A DNA stretch of 44,421 nucleotides from Verrucomicrobiales bacterium (GTDB taxonomy: Bacteria > Verrucomicrobiota > Verrucomicrobiia > Limisphaerales > UBA9464), in NCBI GenBank assembly GCA_005801385.1, contig SYEM01000213.1, forward strand, positions 1 to 44,421. The letters run 5' to 3'. This document shows positions 39,460-44,421 of this stretch, piece after piece (the stretch's first letter is position 1; every line of letters begins with the position of its first letter). The notes below the pieces were generated by a model. It saw only the letters and a program-made list of their open reading frames with translations. It was not told where the DNA came from and did no database searches. Position numbers and translations under genes: made by a program.

Positions 39460-40607
39460 CAGACCTCGACCGGTCCCTGCGGAACCGGGATGGCGGATCG
39501 TGTGGTACTGGGCGGTTCTCCGACTGTCGACGCATATCCCCGGGAGAGCGGAGCCGGCCGATACCGGGGCAGGAGCTCGCCGGTCTCGTCACAGAATTGT
39601 GCCCTCCATCGGAGATAGTCCGCGACGATTCCATGGAATTCCTGCCGGGAGACCAGCCGGACCACCCGCTTGTTGAACTCGGCGACCGGACCGAAGCGCC
39701 GCGAGTACCACGGAGCCACCTTCCGGAACATCACGCATCCATGCTCCTCGCCAAACACCTCGATCATGAGATCCAGATGCCGGTTCACGATGCGGATGCG
39801 CTCCTCGAGTCCGGGCTCCAGAGACGCCTCGCCCGTGGAAAGGTGCTGTCGGATCCGTCGGAAGATCCACGGATCATAGAAGGCGCCCCGGCCGATGCTC
39901 ACCCCGGCGCAACCAGTCTCGCGCAGCATGCAGGCCGCGGCCTCGGGGGTGGTGACATCCCCGTTGCCGATGACCGGAATGGACCGGACCGCCTCCACAA
40001 CCGCACGGATTCCCCGGAGATTCACGGAGCCCGAGAAGCCCTGTTCCCGGGTGCGTCCATGGACAAATACGGCCGCCACTCCGGCATCCTCGAGAGCCCG
40101 GGCCAGATCCGGTGCGGTCAGATTCTCGTCATCCCATCCAAGACGCATCTTGGCCGTCACTGGGATCCGCAAGGCCTCCACCATGCCCCGGACCAGACGG
40201 GCGGTACGGTCCAGTTCCGTCATCATTGCCGAGCCCCCGCCCACCCGACAGACCTTACGGACCGGGCAGCCCATGTTGAGGTCGATGGAATGGACGCCCC
40301 GTTCCTGGAGGAACACGGCCGCATCACGCATCTCCTCGGGAACCGACCCGAAGAGCTGGACCGCCAGGGGCCGGTCCGTCTCGTGGGTCTCGATGAGCTT
40401 CAGAGCCTTCCGGTTCCGCTCCAGCAGGGAACGGGCGTTGACCAGGTCGGTGGTGCAGAGGTCCACCCCGCCCAGCTCCCGGACGACACGGCGGAACGGA
40501 AGGTTGGTGTAGCCCGCAAGCGGGGACAGGAAGAGGTTCGAGCGGAGCTCGAGCCGACCGATCCGGAGGGCTGAGGAGGCAGCCGCTTCGGGAAGCGTGT
40601 GGGACAT
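39456..40607 (-). CDS. dusB: tRNA-dihydrouridine synthase B
   Basis: LSPLAGYTNLPFR, VQLFG, IDLNMGCPVRKV, TAKMRLGWD, VHGRTREQ, VIGNGDV, IGRGA; start ATG 40607. Confidence 0.93.
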   Translation of the reverse strand: MSHTLPEAAASSALRIGRLELRSNLFLSPLAGYTNLPFRRVVRELGGVDLCTTDLVNARSLLERNRKALKLIETHETDRPLAVQLFGSVPEEMRDAAVFLQERGVHSIDLNMGCPVRKVCRVGGGSAMMTELDRTARLVRGMVEALRIPVTAKMRLGWDDENLTAPDLARALEDAGVAAVFVHGRTREQGFSGSVNLRGIRAVVEAVRSIPVIGNGDVTTPEAAACMLRETGCAGVSIGRGAFYDPWIFRRIRQHLSTGEASLEPGLEERIRIVNRHLDLMIEVFGEEHGCVMFRKVAPWYSRRFGPVAEFNKRVVRLVSRQEFHGIVADYLRWRAQFCDETGELLPRYRPAPLSRGYASTVGEPPSTTRSAIPVPQGPVEVW

Positions 40608-40615
40608 CGTCGGGA

Positions 40616-41191
40616 TCACTCCCCCTGGGCGGTGTTCTTCCGGCTCTTCGAGGGGTTTGCCGGGGTCTTGGTCGTCTTTGGCTTCGGAGCGGCCTTGGTG
40701 GGCGACTTGGACTTGGACTGGACCTTGTTCCCCGGCTTGGGACGGACCGGGTCGGGCGGCACCACATTGAGGGTGAACTCGGTGGACCAGACGGACCGAC
40801 CCGCGACGAGGGCACCGGCCCTGAGGGTGTGGTTGCCGGCCGGGACATTGGCCACCTGGAAGCGCCATCGTCCGTCCGGAGGAACCACCAGGGGATCTCC
40901 CAGCGGATCCGAGTACCAGTAGAGCCGCACGACGGATCCCGGATGGGCCAACCCCTCCACGACCAGCGTCTGTCCCGGCGCGAAGGTCGTGCCCGGCACG
41001 GGACTCAGCCAGGTCGTGGGCTGCAGTATCGGCATCGGCGCGGGTAATGGACGCGGAGGCGCGACCCGAGGGGTCGGGAGCACGAAGAGCAGGCCTCCGA
41101 GCAGGAGGATCAGCACAGGCACGGCCAGGTGGGCCGTGTCGAATCCGGGCTCCCAGAGTGAGGGGCGGCGTGGTGGAAAGGTGCCCTCCAT
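40616..41191 (-). CDS. Hypothetical membrane-anchored protein with bacterial Ig-like domain and Lys/Pro-rich tail
   Basis: One TM, Pro-rich linker, V-x-G-x-A-x-PGS-x-V...DGRWRF...G-x-H-x-L-x-A beta-sandwich pattern, basic C-terminus. Confidence 0.7.
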   Translation of the reverse strand: MEGTFPPRRPSLWEPGFDTAHLAVPVLILLLGGLLFVLPTPRVAPPRPLPAPMPILQPTTWLSPVPGTTFAPGQTLVVEGLAHPGSVVRLYWYSDPLGDPLVVPPDGRWRFQVANVPAGNHTLRAGALVAGRSVWSTEFTLNVVPPDPVRPKPGNKVQSKSKSPTKAAPKPKTTKTPANPSKSRKNTAQGE

Positions 41192-41194
41192 GCG

Positions 41195-42814
41195 TCAGCC
41201 CCCCTTCTCCGCCTTGAGCGCAGCCAGCTCCGCGGCAATCTCGTTCCGTTCCCGGGTCATGAGCTCCAGTTCGATGGCCAGCGATTCGTCGCCACCCCCG
41301 GCGGCTGCCGCCTCGCGAAGACGTTCCAGCTCCCGCTGCCCATCCTCATGGGAACGGGTAGTTGCGAGAAGCTCGGCCTCGATCTCCAGGACCTTCTGTT
41401 CCCAGTCGGCAGCCCGGCGCTCCTGCTCCCTCAGCGATTCCTTCAGGGTGGTGATTTCGTCGCTTGGGGAGCCCTCCTGCGATGGCCGGGACTCGCCCTG
41501 CACACTCCAACGCCCCTGCAGCTCGGCCACCCGCGCCTCGGTCTCCGCAAGACGGGACAGGGATCCAGCCAGCTCAGCCGATTTGGCCTCGAGAGCCGCC
41601 TCGAGCTCGGTGATGGTCTTCCTCGACTGGGTCGCTTGCTGCTCCTGCTCGACCATCAACTCCTGAAATGCCGCGTCATCGGAGCCGGCAACCGGGGTCC
41701 TGGACTGGCCCTCGAGCTCCTTCTCGAGACTCCTGCGGGTTGCGTGGGCCGCCTCGAGGTTGGCTTCGGTCTGGGCCAGCCTGCCCTTCAGGGACGCCGA
41801 CTCCTCGGCCGCCTCGCCAATCTGGTCGGCGAGCTGCTTCACCTCCTCAATCCGGGCCTTCAGCTTCGTCTCCGCGGCGGACATCGACTGGCGGACATCC
41901 TCCAACTCGGCTTCGAGGGTAGACCGCCGCTGGGTCTCGGCCTCCAGCCCGGTGGCCAGCTTGGCTTCGCGATCCCGGGATTCCGCCAATGCCGCGAGGG
42001 TCTCCTGGTGGGCGGTCTCAGCGCTCACCCTCTGTCCCGAGACGGCCTGGAGTTCCGACTCGAGCGCGGTCCGTCGGTCCCTCTCCGCGGCGAGTTCGTT
42101 GCCGATGCGGGTTTCCACGACCCGGGCCTCGGCAAGCGCCCGCTCCACCCGACCAAGGGCTCCCCGGGACTCCAGCAGATTGATCTCCGCACGCGCCTGC
42201 ATGTCCTCTGATTCCAGCAGCGCAGCCTCGACGGTCTGCCGACGCTTCGCCTCGGACGCGAGCTCGAGCTCGAGCTCGGCGACGCGGCCCAGAGTGGACT
42301 CGTGATCTGCCGTGACCTGGTCGAGATTGGCCTGCAGCCCAGAGACAGCACTGGATTCGGACCGGAGACGAGCCTCCTGCTCCTCGAGACGCAAGCGGAG
42401 GTCCAGGACCTCCCCGGAAAGCGCCTCCCTCTCCCGGTTCATGGAGGCGACCTCCGCCTCGACTGTCGACACGGTGGCCTCGAGAGCCAGCCGCCTTGAA
42501 TCCAGCTCTTCGTGCTGACTTTCCAAGACCGAAAGCTTGCTGCGGGCGGCGGTCAGGAGGGACTCCGAGACCGATCGCCCCTTCTCACTCGCGTCCAGCT
42601 CCGCAAGTTTGGCCTTCAGCTCGGTCTGGCAGCGGCCATGGGCAAAGCGTTCCGAGTCGAGCTCCTCGCCGCGACGTCGGGCGGCATCTCGGGCATCCGC
42701 AAGGGGTCGACGGAAATACCAGACCTCCAAGACCCACTCGAGGAAGACTCCCAGGAGCAAGGCGATGAGGAGCCATACCACGGGGTGTTGGGCCACGGAC
42801 TGGATCATAGGCAT
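41195..42814 (-). CDS. Membrane-anchored long coiled-coil protein, unknown function
   Basis: N-terminal TM (VVWLLIALLLGVFLEWVLEVWYFRR) followed by about 500 aa of E/A/L/R-rich heptads. Confidence 0.85.
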   Translation of the reverse strand: MPMIQSVAQHPVVWLLIALLLGVFLEWVLEVWYFRRPLADARDAARRRGEELDSERFAHGRCQTELKAKLAELDASEKGRSVSESLLTAARSKLSVLESQHEELDSRRLALEATVSTVEAEVASMNREREALSGEVLDLRLRLEEQEARLRSESSAVSGLQANLDQVTADHESTLGRVAELELELASEAKRRQTVEAALLESEDMQARAEINLLESRGALGRVERALAEARVVETRIGNELAAERDRRTALESELQAVSGQRVSAETAHQETLAALAESRDREAKLATGLEAETQRRSTLEAELEDVRQSMSAAETKLKARIEEVKQLADQIGEAAEESASLKGRLAQTEANLEAAHATRRSLEKELEGQSRTPVAGSDDAAFQELMVEQEQQATQSRKTITELEAALEAKSAELAGSLSRLAETEARVAELQGRWSVQGESRPSQEGSPSDEITTLKESLREQERRAADWEQKVLEIEAELLATTRSHEDGQRELERLREAAAAGGGDESLAIELELMTRERNEIAAELAALKAEKGG

Positions 42815-42997
42815 CAGAGTTCCTGGGCGATGCTACGGAACGGGTGGGAGAAAGGAAGTTGAGAGATGGGATAAACGACCTCACGCCTAGAGGTGTCCCG
42901 ACCGCGACGAACACGACAGTCCCCCGGAAGATCGGCGGGAACAGATATGGCCCCCCCTGCGGGGAGGGAATGACGGACCCGATCCGAACCTCCGGAA

Positions 42998-44421
42998 TCA
43001 ACGGGCCCGCTGGGTCAGCGCCGCCTTGCCGATGTCGGTGATGACATCCCAGGCAGGTCCCGGGAATTTGTGCATGCCGACCATCACTTCCTCGAACGCA
43101 TCGAGGAACCAGCGCACATCGGACTCACCGATCACGAACGGAGGCAGAAGCTTCACCACGTCGATCGCGTGCCCCGCCACCTGGGTAATGATGTGGTGGC
43201 GGCTCATGAGCGGCATGACACAGGCCTGCGGGAACAGGCTCTTGTCGAGGCCATGGCAGATGCCCCAGGCCGTCTTGAGGGTGAGGGACCTTGGGGAACC
43301 GAACTCGATCCCCATCATCAGTCCGCGCCAGCGGACCTCCTTCATGAACTCGAACCGGGGGATCATCGCACGGAGCCCCTCACCCAGCAGGTTGCCCATG
43401 CGCTCCGCGTTCTGCATCAGCCCCTGCCGATCGATGACGTCGAGGGCCGCGAGACCAGCCGCCATCGCGAAGTTGCCCTGGCTGAAGGTCGAGCTGTGCA
43501 CCACGGACCGCTGCATGCTCGAGAAGACCTTGTCGTGGATCCACCGCTTGCAGAGGACGGCGGCGACCGGGACGAATCCGGCCGACAGCGTCTTGGACAG
43601 CACCACGATGTCGGGATCCACCTCGGGGCCATCATGCTCGATGGCGAGGAACTTCCCGGTCCGGCCCATGCCAGACTGGACCTCGTCGTCGATGAACAGG
43701 GCACCGTATTTCCGGCACAGACGCTGGGCGGCCAGGAGATACCCCGGGGATCCGATGAAGACCCCCTTGCCCTGGATGGGTTCGACGACGAACGCGGCGA
43801 CGTCTCCCTTGCGGAGCTCCGTCTCCAGGGCATCGAGGTTGTTGAAGTCGATCATCCGGCACCCGGGGAGGTAGGGCTCGAACCCGGACCGGAAGCTGTC
43901 ATCCCCGTTGACCGACAGAGCACCGTAGGTCAGGCCATGGTACGCCTTCTTGCAGTGGATGATGCCCGGCCTGCCGGTGGCGCATTTCGCGTACTTGATG
44001 GCCGCCTCGACACCCTCGGCCCCGGAGTTGGCGAAGAAGACCATGTCGAGGTCGTTGGGCATCCGCTTCTTCAGCTCCTCCGCAAGGATCCCGGACAGCA
44101 GCGGGGCCTCCATCTTCACAAGACTCGGATAGTCGGCATCGAGGAACTCCTTCAGGACCCGTCGCACATCCGGATGGTTCCGCCCTAGGCCGAACACCCC
44201 ATAGCCGGAGAGCATGTCGAGATACCGCGCACCCTCGACGTCCCACAGGTAGGGTCCCTCGGCTCGGACGTAGCAGTGGTCGAACCCGATGGTCTTGAGC
44301 GTCTTGACGTTCGCGGGGTTCACATGGGCCGCGTGGAGGTCGTAGTTGCGCCCCTGGTGCTCCTTGAGGAGCGCCACGATATCCAACCCCTCGGGGGCCG
44401 ACTTCTTTCCGTCCGGATCCA
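42998..44421 (-). CDS. hpnO: Class III PLP aminotransferase, hopanoid biosynthesis HpnO-like
   Basis: YLDMLSGYGVFGLGRNHP, NSGAEGVEAAIK, YHGLTYGALS, EPIQGKG, DEVQSGMGRTG, LSK. HpnO-type N-terminus (LH...N...LKTIG) and C-terminus (GIEFG-x-PRSL...TQVAGH...KLLPP). The frame stays open to the window edge, so the start is TTG 44386 or just outside. Confidence 0.8.
   Translation of the reverse strand, partial: DPDGKKSAPEGLDIVALLKEHQGRNYDLHAAHVNPANVKTLKTIGFDHCYVRAEGPYLWDVEGARYLDMLSGYGVFGLGRNHPDVRRVLKEFLDADYPSLVKMEAPLLSGILAEELKKRMPNDLDMVFFANSGAEGVEAAIKYAKCATGRPGIIHCKKAYHGLTYGALSVNGDDSFRSGFEPYLPGCRMIDFNNLDALETELRKGDVAAFVVEPIQGKGVFIGSPGYLLAAQRLCRKYGALFIDDEVQSGMGRTGKFLAIEHDGPEVDPDIVVLSKTLSAGFVPVAAVLCKRWIHDKVFSSMQRSVVHSSTFSQGNFAMAAGLAALDVIDRQGLMQNAERMGNLLGEGLRAMIPRFEFMKEVRWRGLMMGIEFGSPRSLTLKTAWGICHGLDKSLFPQACVMPLMSRHHIITQVAGHAIDVVKLLPPFVIGESDVRWFLDAFEEVMVGMHKFPGPAWDVITDIGKAALTQRAR

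Noticed and set aside
42260-42277. (GAGCTC)3 tandem palindrome
   Set aside because: It simply encodes ELELEL inside the coiled-coil gene.
42815-42997. Riboswitch in the leader of the coiled-coil gene
   Set aside because: A few GC stems are present, but no conserved aptamer motif that I recognise.

Overview
GC-rich (roughly two-thirds G+C by eye) bacterial chromosomal segment, most likely PVC superphylum and probably Verrucomicrobiota. This is inferred from the DUF1501/DUF1553 pair, a prepilin-type H-X9-DG-family protein with an [13 protein letters not shown]-terminus, and an Ala-rich helical-repeat protein. In order it holds: 3' end of icd; ppk1; tRNA-Val(CAC); a sugar epimerase; a membrane protein/ECF sigma/putative anti-sigma cassette; DUF1501 + DUF1549/1553 cytochrome c + prepilin-like gene; rdgB; a complete MoxR-DUF58-BatABCDE operon; a SIS protein; a secreted protein with an exact 15-aa repeat; a 2134-aa secreted protein; tsaA; tolQRAB-pal; mntR divergent from a SitABCD-type Mn/Fe ABC transporter; a NAGPA-like protein; dusB; an Ig-like protein; a membrane-anchored coiled-coil protein; and hpnO. 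I saw no mobile element, CRISPR array or rRNA. Most of the window is recognisable housekeeping or envelope function. The best candidates for undescribed biology are the 2134-aa thioester-less macroglobulin-like protein, the convergent 15-aa-repeat protein, the coiled-coil/Ig pair, an apparent excess of GGATCC, and several apparently leaderless genes. All family calls come from motif recognition by eye, not database searches.
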